DNA of 64,000 nucleotides from Raja brachyura. Lineage: Eukaryota. The first letter of the stretch is position 1; each line of letters opens with the position of its first letter. Location of the stretch: positions 30,070,001 through 30,134,000 of the forward strand of contig OY740808.1 in NCBI GenBank assembly GCA_963514005.1, given 5' to 3'. Of the stretch, positions 24,470-35,023 are shown piece after piece. A program made the translations under genes and the position numbers. The notes beneath the pieces were generated by a model that ran no database searches, was not told where the DNA came from, and saw only the letters and a list, made by a program, of their open reading frames with translations.

Positions 24470-26520
24470 AAACATGGAAAACAAAAAAAGTTAAAAACAA
24501 TGCAAAGCAACAATAAAATGAAATGACCAATAAACCTATACACAACTCATTAAATAACTCCTCATAAACATCACAAATTAAATCTTACATGTTCGAAAAG
24601 GAGTAGGAGGAACTATACACTTATTTATTCCTACCCCTTCTCCGCTACTCATCAATTAATTCACAAACTTTGTCTCATCTACATATATATGTATATACAC
24701 ATACACAAACATATACATACATACATATATCCATACATAAGCCACATACATACATATATGCACACATATGCACACACGCAAACATACATATATACTGTTT
24801 ATAAACAATTATCCAAATTCTCCATGTACCACGCGAATATCACACTGTGTCAATAAAGTCATCACAGTCCGTCCTCATTCTTATGCCTCTGGAAAATATT
24901 TTTTTTGCAATTCTTCTTAAATTGAGTAATGTTTGTGTTTTGTTTGAGTTGCACATCCAAGTCATTCCACAATTTCACCCCACAGATTGAAATACACATA
25001 CTCTTCTTAGTTGTAAGAAAAACAAAGTTTCTTTAAATTAAACTTTCCTCTCAAATTATAACCACCCTCCCTGTTTTGTATATTACTTTGGAGTAAATTA
25101 TTTCTTGCTTTAGACATTATTTGTGCTGTATTAAATTCTACTAGATCCATAAACTTCAAGGCATTTAACTTTAAAAACAGAGAGTTGGTGTGTTCACAAA
25201 ATCCTGCATTGTTAACTATCCTTATGACCCTTTGGTGCAGTTTGCATAAAGGATGTTGGGTGCTTTTGTTAGTGTTACCCCATAGCTCCACACAGTAATT
25301 TAGATATGGCAGTACAAGTGAACAATAAACAGCGTACAGCGCCTTGTGATATAGGATGTGCCTAGTTCTTCCCACGACTGCTATGTTCCTTGCCAGCTAT
25401 GCTCGCATATGTTTCATATGTGGTTTCCAGCAGATTTTGTGGTTTAATATCACACCTAGAAATTTATTTTCATATACTCTTTCTATATACTGTCATATGA
25501 GAAAAGATTGAAAAGACTAGGCTTGTATTCACTGGAGTTTAGAAAGATGAGGGGGGATCTTATAGAAACATATAAAATTATAAAAAGACTGGACAAGCTA
25601 GATGCAGGAAAAATGTTCTCAATGTTGTGCGAGTCCAGAACCAGTGACCACAGTCTTAGAATAAAGGGAAGGCCATTTATGACCGAGATGAGAAAAAACA
25701 TTTTCACCCAGAGAGTTGTGAATTTGTGGAATTCCCTGCCACAGAGAGCAGTGGAGGCGAAATCACTGGATGGATTTAAGAGAGAGTTAGATAGAGCTCT
25801 GGGGGCTAGTGAAATCAAGGGAATTGGGGAGAAGGCAGGCACGGGTTATTGTTTGGGGATGATCAGCCATGATCAGCCTGGGTTCCAGCAACTAAGTTAC
25901 TGAGAAAGGTTGAACAAGTTAGGTCTTTATTCTTTGGAGCGCAGAAGGTTAAAGGGGGACTTGATTGAGGTATTTAATATGATGAAAGGGATAGACAGAG
26001 TTGACGTGGATAAGCTTTTCCCATTGAGGGTAGGGAAGATTCAAACAAGAGGGCATGACATGAGAATTAAGGGACAGAAGTTTAGGGGTAACATGAGGGG
26101 GAACTTCTTTACTCAGAGAGTGGTGGCTGTGTGGAATGATCTTCCAGCAGAAGTGGTGGAGGCAGGATCGATTTTAACATTTAAAAAGTAAAGTGGATAG
26201 GTATATGGACGGGAAGGGAATGGAGGGGTATGGTCTGAGTGCAGGTAGATGGGACTAGGGGAAAATAAATGGTCGGCACGGACTGGAAGGGCCAAGAAGG
26301 CCTGTTTCCGTGCTGTAATTGTTATATGGTTATATGGTTATATCACAATGAATGGCGGTGCTGGCTCAAAGGGCCGAATGGCCTCCTCCTGCACCTATTT
26401 TCTATGTTTCTATGTTTCTATAATATCAACACCATCTATCCTCACTTGTACCCGAGTGTTTATTTGACAATTTCCAAATAACATAATCTTTGTTTTGTTC
26501 AAATTTAGTTCAAATTCAAA
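24470..26520 (-). mobile_element. Crack/L2-group LINE 3' fragment interrupted by CR1 insertions
   Basis: ORF 25007-25375 gives YCSLVLPYLNYCVELWGNT..LHQRVIRIV..EHTNSLFLKLNALK, a post-RT domain of L2/Crack type. Host-like sequence resumes after 26420. Confidence 0.7.
25486..26420 (+). mobile_element. CR1 3' fragment containing a second nested CR1 3' fragment (~25876-26342)
   Basis: ORFs 25508-25903 and 25910-26191 both give LGLYSLE.R..GDLIE..FFTQRVV..WN. The outer 3' UTR (GATCAGCCATGATCA|CAATGAATGGCGG) is split by the inner copy, which ends in (ATATGGTT)n. Confidence 0.85.
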
Positions 26521-27267
26521 AATCAGAATTAAAGGATGTTCTTTTAGGAAGGAGATGAAGAGGAATTTATTTAGTCAGAGGGTGGTGAATCTGTGGAATA
26601 CTTTGGCACAGAAAGCTGTGAAGTCCAAATCAGTGGATATATTTAAGGCAGAGATAGATTCTTGATTGGTACAGGTGTCAGGGGTTATGGGGAGAAGGCA
26701 GGAGAATGGATTTAGGAAAAAGAGATCGATCAGCCATGATTGAATGGTGTAGTAGACTTGTTGGACCAAATCATCACCTATGACCTTATGAACCGTATTT
26801 TAATAATATAAAACAAAGACATCATAAGTGAATTCTTCTCAGGTAGTTCAGTGGCCTATTGTATTACTGAACCATATATAAATCCCAGCTATTTGCTGAA
26901 ATTAACCAAAAAAACTATGAATATAAGAATGAGATGCTGCAGGCAAAAGATATGTTGCTGAAGAAGGGTCTCAACCCAAAATGTCGCCCATTCTTTCTCT
27001 CCGGGAGATGCTGCCTGTCCTGCTACTCCAGCATTTGGTGTCTATAAAGGGTAAATCTCAGCTACTATGTTAATATTGAAAATCCCCCCAAAATCTGTAG
27101 ATGGTGGAAAACCAAAATACAAACAGAAAATGCTGGAAATAGTCAGCAGGTCAGTCCATGGTTGTTCTCTAGTGAATCCTGAATGATGTCATGTGAAAAA
27201 ATTATTACGTTTGATTAAGAGGCTTCAAATAAATCATAGACCTTTTGTGACATTGAAGGAGTTCATT

Positions 27268-27579
27268 TGGGTGGCACGGTGGTGCAGTTAGAGCTACTGC
27301 CTCACAGCGCCAGAGACCCAGGTTCAATCCTGACTACGGTTGCTTGTCTATATGGAGTTTGTATGTTCCTCCCGTGACCTGTGTGAGTTTTCTCCGAGAT
27401 ATCTGCTTTCCTCCCAAACACCAAAGACGTACAGGTTTGAAGGTTAATTGTCTTGGTATAAATGTAAAATTGCCCCTAGTGTGTGTAGGATAGTGTTAGT
27501 GTACAGGGATTGCTAGTCGGTGCAGACTCGGTGGGCTGAAGGGCCTGTTCCCATGCTGTATCTCCAAACTAAACTAAAA
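27268..27579 (+). mobile_element. HE1-type SINE
   Basis: A box, B box GGTTCAATCC, V-domain, tail ending (CTAAA)n. Confidence 0.9.
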
Positions 27580-27669
27580 TTCAGTCTATCATGTCTGTAC
27601 CAGTTAAAATAGATACCAAACAGGATGCCACCATCCTGCATTAGGTCCATTGCTCTGTAGGTCATGCTT

Positions 27670-29715
27670 CAAGTCAAGTCAAGTTTATTCGTCACATACA
27701 CATACGGGATGTGCAGTTAAATGAAAAGTGGCAGTGCCTGTGGACTTTGTGCAAAAAACAAACAAACAAACAACCAACAAACTACAAACAGAATCATATG
27801 TTCTTTTTCATATTAAAGGTCCTGTCCTACCAGCATGCAACTCTATGCGATGAACGCGATCAAACTAGAAGCGGGGGCCGCACGGAGGTCGGGTGATCCC
27901 CTGTACAGGGCCGTTCCCACCAGCATGCGCCTGCATGCGGCAAGCCCTACCAAACCGGCAGTAGGGGCCGCTCGGAGGTCGGGTGAGTGGCGCAACGCGG
28001 CGCAAAGTGAGGCGAACTTGGAGCGAAGTCAAAGGTAAGTTCGCCAGGACAGAGAGGGGCACACAGAGAGGGGCACACAGAGAGGGGCACAGAGGCACAC
28101 ACACACAGAGGGCCACGGAGCCACACACATAGAGGGTCATGGAGACACCTACAGATAGGTTCACGGAGGCACGACGTCGGGGCGGTGTGTAGTGCGTCGA
28201 GGCGACTGCGAGCCGACAAGCCGTTGCCGCGCGGAATTTTTGGACACAGTCAGTTTTTCGGAGCCCCGCGCAGTCTCGGGATGAACTCGGGATGAACTCC
28301 GCACAATTCCGCACAGCTCCAGCGATCGAAGTGGGACCGGCTGCGCAGCGCTGGACGGCTCAAGCGACCACGTTAAGTCGTGCTAATCGCATAGAGTTGT
28401 ATGCTGGTGGGACAGGCCCTTAACTATTGTGGGTGGTATTGTGGTACAGTAAGTTAGTAGAGTTAGTCCCTGGTGAGATAGGAGTTTACGGGCCGAATGG
28501 CCTCTGGGAAGAAACTCCTTCTCACCCTCTCCGTTCTCACAGCATGGCAACAGCCTGACTGTAAGACCAGGAACAGTCCGTTGCAGGGGTGGAAGGGGTC
28601 TCCCATTATCTTATTGGCTCTGTAGTTGCACCTCCTGATGTATAGTTCCTGCAGAGGGGCGAGAGAAGTTCCCATGGTGCATTCGGCCGAACGCACTACT
28701 CTCTGCAGAGCCTTCTTGTCCTGGGCAGAGCAATTCCCAAACCAGATTGTAATGTTTCCGGACAAGATACTTTCCACAGCCACAGAGTAGAAGCACTAGA
28801 GGATCCTCGGAGACACTCTGAATTTTCTCAATTGCCTGAGGTGGTAAAGGCGCTGACTTGCCTTACTCACGAGTGCTGCAGCGTGCGATGTCCATGTCAT
28901 ATCCTCAGAGATGTGGATATTTAAAACAGCTCACCCTATCCACAGTATCCCCATTTATCCTCAATGGTGTGTACGTCCTCGGATGATGTGCCCTCCTAAA
29001 GTCCACGATCAGCTCCTTCATTTTTTTTGATGTTCAAGAGGAGGCTGTTGTCCTGACACCAGAGTGCCAGATCAGCTACCTCCTCCCGGTAGGCCTTCTC
29101 ATCGTTGTCTGAGATCAGGCCCACCACCACGGTGTCATCAGCAAACTTGATTATCGAGTTGGAGCTGAACCTAGACACACAGTCATGTGTGTACAGGGAG
29201 TACAGTAGGGGGCTGAGGACGCAACCCTGGGGGGATCCTGTGCTCAGGGTGAGGGACTTCGATGTATTCCCTCCCATCTTGACTACCTGGGGCCTGGCGG
29301 TGAGAAAGTCCATGACCCAGGCACACAGGGGGGTGTTGAGCCCTAAATCCAGTAGCTTCGCGGCCAGTCTGGTGGGGACTATCGTGTTGAAGGCTGAACT
29401 GAAGTCTATGAACAGCATCCTCACGTAGCCCCCCTTCTGGCTGTCAAGATGGGAGAGAGCGGTGTGCAAAACCTGGGAGACAGCATCGTCCGTGGATCTG
29501 TTCGGACGGTGTGCAAATTGTAACGGGTTCATGTTGCGAGGGAGGAAGGCGCAGATGTGTTTCTTCACCAGCCTCTCAAAGCATTTCATGACTACCGAGG
29601 TGAGGGCCACTGGATGGTAGTCATTCAGACAGGCTGGGGGGCATTATTTGGTACAGGTACAATGGTGGATTCTTTGAAGCAGGCAGGGACTACGGACTTG
29701 TCCAGGAAGAGCTTC
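27670..29715 (-). mobile_element. Rex1/Babar LINE, 5'-truncated, RT domain to 3' tail
   Basis: ORF 28996-29610: [47 protein letters not shown]-terminal ORF 28463-28783. Tail AATAAAC(TTGAC)n at ~27670-27690. Confidence 0.9.
27817..28420. mobile_element. PIF/Harbinger-type non-autonomous element nested in the Rex1 3' UTR
   Basis: TIRs AGGTCCTGTCCTACCAGCATGCAACTCTATGCGA / TCGCATAGAGTTGTATGCTGGTGGGACAGGCCCT. TAA TSD at 27814-27816 and 28421-28423. Confidence 0.9.
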
Positions 29716-29792
29716 TTCAGATACTTATCTAAATACATCTTAAATACGATGTGACTCTTTGCCTCTTTTGGACAGTCAATTCCAGACCTTTT

Positions 29793-31772
29793 ACATAGAA
29801 ACATAGAAACATAGAAAATAGGTGCAGGAGTAGGCCATTCGGCCCTTCGAGCCTGCACCGCCATTCAATATGATCATGCCTGATCATCCAACTCAGTATC
29901 CTGTACCTGCATTCTCTCCATACCCCCTGATCCCTTTAGCCACAAGAGCCACATCCAACTCCCTCTTGAATATAGCAAATGAAGTGGCCTCAACTACCTT
30001 CTGTGGCAGAGAATTCCAGAGATTCACCACTCTCTGTGTGAAAAAATGTTTTTCTCATCTAGGTCCGAAAAGATTTCCCCCTTATCCTTAAACTGTGACC
30101 CCTTGCCCTGGACTTCCTCAGCATTGGGAACAGTCTTCCTGCATCTAGCCTGTCCAACTCCTTAAGAATTTTGTACCTTTCTATAAGATCCCTCCTCAAT
30201 CTTCTAAATTCTAGCGAGTACAAGCCGAGTCTATCCAGTCTTTCTTCATATGAAAGTCCTGACATCCCAGGAATCAGTCTGGTGAACCTTCTCTGTACTC
30301 CCTCTATGGCAATAATGTATTTCCTCAGATTTGGAGACCAAAACTACGCAATACTCCAGGTGTGGTCTCACCAAGTCCCTGTACAACTGCAATAGAACCT
30401 CCCTGCTCCTATACTCAAATCCTTTTGCTATGAATGCTAACATACCATTCGCTTTCCTCACTGCCTGCTGCACATGCATGCCTACCTTCAATGACAGGTG
30501 TACCATGACACCCAGGTCTTGTTGCATCTCCCCTTTTTGTAATTGGCCACCATTCAGATAATAGTCTACTTTCCTGTTTTTGCCACCAAAGTAGATAACC
30601 TCACATTTATCCACATTATACTGCATCTGCCATGCATTTGTCCTTTCACCCAGCCTATCCAAGTCACCTTGCAGCCTCCTAGCATCCTCCTCACAGCTAA
30701 CATTGCCCCCCAGATTTGTGTCATCTGCAAACTTGGAGATGTTGCTTTTAATTCCCTCGTCCAAATCATTAATATATGTTGTAAATAGCTGGGGTCCCAG
30801 CACTGAGCCTTGTGGTACCCCACTAGTCACTGCCTGCCATTCTGAAAAGGACCCATTTACTCCTACTCTTAGCTTCCTGTCTGCCAGCCAGTTCTCTATC
30901 CACATCAATACTGAACCGTCAATACCATGTGCTTTAAGTTTGTATACTAATCTCTTAAGTGGGACCTTGTCGAAAGCCTTCTGAAAGTCCAGATATAACA
31001 CATCCACTGGTTCTCCCTTATCCACTCTACTAGTTACTTCCTCGAAAAATTCTATAAGATTTGTCAGACATGATTTACCTTTCGTAAATCCGTGCTGACT
31101 TTGTCCAATGATTTCACCCCTTTCCAAATGTGCTGCTATCCCATCTTTAATAACTGACTCTAGCAGTTTCTCCACTACTGATGTTAGACTAACTGGTCTG
31201 TAATTCGCCGCTTTCGTTCTCCCCCCTTATTAAAAAGTGGGTTTACGTTAGCTACCCTCCAATCCTCAGGAACTACTCCAGAATCTAAAGAGTTTTGAAA
31301 AATTATCACTAATGCATCCACTATTTCTGGGGCTACTTCCTAAGTACTGTGGGATGCAGCCCATCTGGCCCTGGAGATTTATCGGCCTTTAATCCATTCA
31401 ATTTACCTAACACCACTTCCTGGCTAACCTGGATTTCACTCAGTTGCTCCATCTCATTTGACCCCCAGTCTCCTGCTATTTCGAGCAGATTATTTATGTC
31501 TTCCTTATTGAAGACAGAATCAAAGTAGTTATTCAATTGGTCTGCCATGTCCTTGTTCCCCATGATCAATTCACCCGTTTCTGACTGCAAGTGACCTACA
31601 TTTGTTTTAACTAATCTTTTTCTCTTCGCATACTATACAAACCTTTGAAGTCAGTTTTTATGTTTCCTGCCAATTTCCTTTCATAAACTATTTTCCCTTT
31701 CCTAATTAAGCCCTTTGTCCTCCTCTGCTTGACTCCCAGTCCTCTGGTAGGCTGCTTTTTCTGGCTAATTTT
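29793..31772 (-). mobile_element. CR1 LINE, 5'-truncated, RT domain with frameshifts
   Basis: ORF 30246-31175: YLDFQKAFDKVP, GVPQGSVLGP, KFADDT. Tail (TTTCTATG)n. Confidence 0.95.
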
Positions 31773-32239
31773 TATTACAGGTGGATAATCCTATCCACAT
31801 TGCCTTTCTAATCCTCCTAACAGTCAATTTAAATCAATGCTTCTGGTATTTGATGGCACTGCTAAAGGAAATAGGTCCTAACTATTTTTGCTATGGATGG
31901 CCCTCACAATCTAAGGCACCAATCTAAATTTTCCTTTGCTTTCCCTGTTCAAAAGAAAACACCATTGGCATATGGAATCTTTCTTTATTGCTACAATTTG
32001 CTGGTTCCTGCAACATCCACAAACATCTTTGCATTCTCTTGTGTGCAATATCTTTCCCTTAATGTGGTGGCCAAAAGTGTACATGGTACACAAACTCAGG
32101 TTGAACTAGTGTATACATTTCTGGCATGACCTTCCTGGTCTTATATCATGTGCCCACTTCTCTCGATTAAATTCCTTCTCAACTAAATATAACAAGCACA
32201 TTTGGGTAAATGTATGTGAAATATTTGAAGATTCTGAAC

Positions 32240-32667
32240 CTGTACTTGCTGGAGTTTAGAAGAATGAGGGGGGATCTCATTGAAACTTATTGAATAATGA
32301 AAGGCCCAGATAGGATGGACATGGAGAGGATGTTTCCAGTAGTCGGCTAGCCTAGGACCAGAGGGCACATGCTCAGAATAAAAGGACGTACCTTTAGAAT
32401 GGAGATGAGGAGGAACTTTTTTAGCCAGAGGGTGGTGAATCTGTGAATTATATTACCACAGATGGCTGTGGAGACCGTCTTTGGGTATTTTAAAAGTGAA
32501 GTTTGACTGGTTCTTGATTATTAAAGGAATCAAAGGTTACAGGGGGAAGGCAGGAGAATGAAGTTGAGAGAGAAAAATAGATCAGCCACGATCTAATGAT
32601 AGAGCATACTCAATGGGCTGAATGGCCTAATGCTGCTTCTATCTCTTATGATCTTATCATCTTATGA
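32240..32667 (+). mobile_element. CR1 3' fragment
   Basis: LEFRRMRGDLIET..FFSQRVVNL plus CR1 3' UTR. Confidence 0.85.
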
Positions 32668-34021
32668 TTCACATCTTTCTCTCATTTTGATTCTCTTCTC
32701 AATAATCACTGTCCAGGTGGAAACAGGGAGTTAAAATTTTAAATAACAATTGAGGGTGACTTTTGCCTCTCTCAAGATCAGTGATCACTTTATGGATAGC
32801 GATCTCCCCATTTTCTAAGGATTTTTCTTCATTTTAAGGGGAACGGCAAAACATAACACTGCAGAATTCAATAATAGATGGCAACCTTGGTTATAGAGTG
32901 ACCTGCCGTTCATGAACGGTGCTGTAACGTCACTGCCACAGTGATATATTGTTGTTTAGTGCTGCCTGTCCCGCTAATTACTCCAGCATTTTGTGTCTAT
33001 CTTTGGTATAATGTTGTGGTATTCTTTTCCTTTCGTGTCTCTTAGGTTTCTTAGTTTTTAAAAGGTTATAGTTAAAATGAAAGGTACTGTCCTTTGTTGA
33101 TAGTCAGTTTGTTTGGCACTCGCTTGCCAAGGAGGTAGCCACAGTTACACATGATTGAAGTAATAGTGATATGCTATTACATTAATTGCAAAGTTGTTAA
33201 ATGCCATTGTCCCACCTGCCTACTTCCAGATTATTATTTGTACAGAGCTGCTTATTAACCTACGAACCTTGTTGGTGTGTTTTGGTAAATAGGGTATATG
33301 GACTGTTTATCTCATCAGACCAGACTGTTGGCAATTACCTGAAAGGGAATTGTTTTTAGGTCATGCAGGAAGTTGAGCACAACTGCTTCAGTCATTTGGG
33401 CTTTTAATTAGTTCAATGCAGCCCGGGACGCAAAGGCCAATTCAATAGTTTTGCTTGTTATAAAAGTGTCAGTGTAGTTGATATTCACTGTCTTCTCAAG
33501 TGCCATGAGATATGGTGGAAGTCTTATGTGTGATTTGTGCATATCGCAGGAGTTAATTGCTAACTAGGGCATGCAACTTGAGATTAGTTCAAGCATAAGG
33601 CAAAGGTCCAATTCATGATTGGTGAAGCTTGTCTCTGTGAGTGAACCTTGTGTGTTAAACAGAAGCTCAAAGTCTGGACTGAGCTCTGATCTGAAGAGAC
33701 ACCATGTGACACATCACGATTATCGCCTGATAAACACTGATCTGATTAATCTAGAAACATAGAATACACTGGCAAATATTAAATGAATTTATTCCGCTGG
33801 CGGTACTATAGGTCCTTATAACTCAGGAATTAAGTTATGCATCCTGAAAATCCTCAATGATATCCATCTTATAATTAGTACTACAGTGTAGTACTAATTT
33901 ATAAGATAGTAAAAACCAAAAAGAACAAGTCGTGGTCTGTGAAATGCATAAGAGGATAGTTCTATGCTTATACCTGTGTTAAGTTAAACAATTTGGATGG
34001 TCGATCAATCTCACTTCTATA

Positions 34022-34151
34022 GGGTACACAAACGTCTGGAGAAACTCAGCGGGTGCAGCAGCATCTAAGGAGTGAAGGAGATAGGCGACGTTTCGGGTCG
34101 AGACCCTTGTGTACCCTCGATTCTCCAGCATCTGCAGTTCCTTCTTTAACA
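34022..34151. mobile_element. 130 bp rearranged Penelope pLTR insertion
   Basis: 16 bp TSD CAATCTCACTTCTATA (34006-34021, 34152-34167). GGGTACACAA and TTGTGTACCC are inverted within the insert. Confidence 0.9.
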
Positions 34152-34689
34152 CAATCTCACTTCTATACTCTGACTCCAGGGATGCTACTTGACCTGTTGA
34201 GTTATTCCAGCACTTTTTGCCTATCTTCGGTATAAACCAGCATCTGCAGTTCCTTCCTACACATTCTGTGGATAGACACAAGGTGTTGCAGTAACGCAGA
34301 GGGTCAGGCAACATCTTTCGTGAAAATAGATTCAGGATGGTTCTTAAGAAGGATGCCAACCCCAAATGTCCCCTATCCATTTTCTCCAGAGATGCTGCCT
34401 GAGTTACACCAGCATTTTGTGTCTGTCTTTGGTGTAAACCAGCATCTACAGTTCTTTTTTATTATACAATATTCAATGTTCATGTACTTGTGTATCGGAT
34501 AAAAAATATAATTCATCTGACATGTTAGCTCTTTTTCCATAGTTACTGCTATCCCTACTGAATATTAGCAGCATTTTCAATTTTTATTTCAGACCTAAAG
34601 CATCTGCATTGTTTTGCTTGTCATGAACAATATCCTGATCTGCTTCTTCGTGTTTATGATTTAGTTTTAGTTTTTGGTTTTGGTTTTGG

Positions 34690-34985
34690 TTTTGGAGATA
34701 CAGAGTGGAAACAGGGCCCTTGTAACAGGGCCCACCAAGTGCGTGCTGAACAGTGATCCCCGCACATTAACACTATTCTACACACACTAGGGACAATTTA
34801 CACTCATACCGAGCCAATTAATCTACAAACCTGTACGTCTTTGGAGTGTGGGAGGAAACCGAAGATCTTGGAGAAAACCCACGCGGTCACGGGGAGCACG
34901 TAGAAACTCCGTACAGACAGCACCCATAGTCGGGATCGAACCTGGGTCTCCGACGCTGCATCTCTGCCGCTGTGCCACAGTGATG
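34690..34985 (-). mobile_element. HE1-type SINE
   Basis: B box, V-domain and tail on the minus strand. Confidence 0.85.
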
Positions 34986-35023
34986 CCAGTGATTGGAGAT
35001 TATACTGCAGTTACAAAACTAAT

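Noticed and set aside
27268-27335. tRNA-like A/B-box sequences here and at the other SINE heads
   Set aside because: They are SINE heads followed by the V-domain and LINE tail, with no complete cloverleaf.
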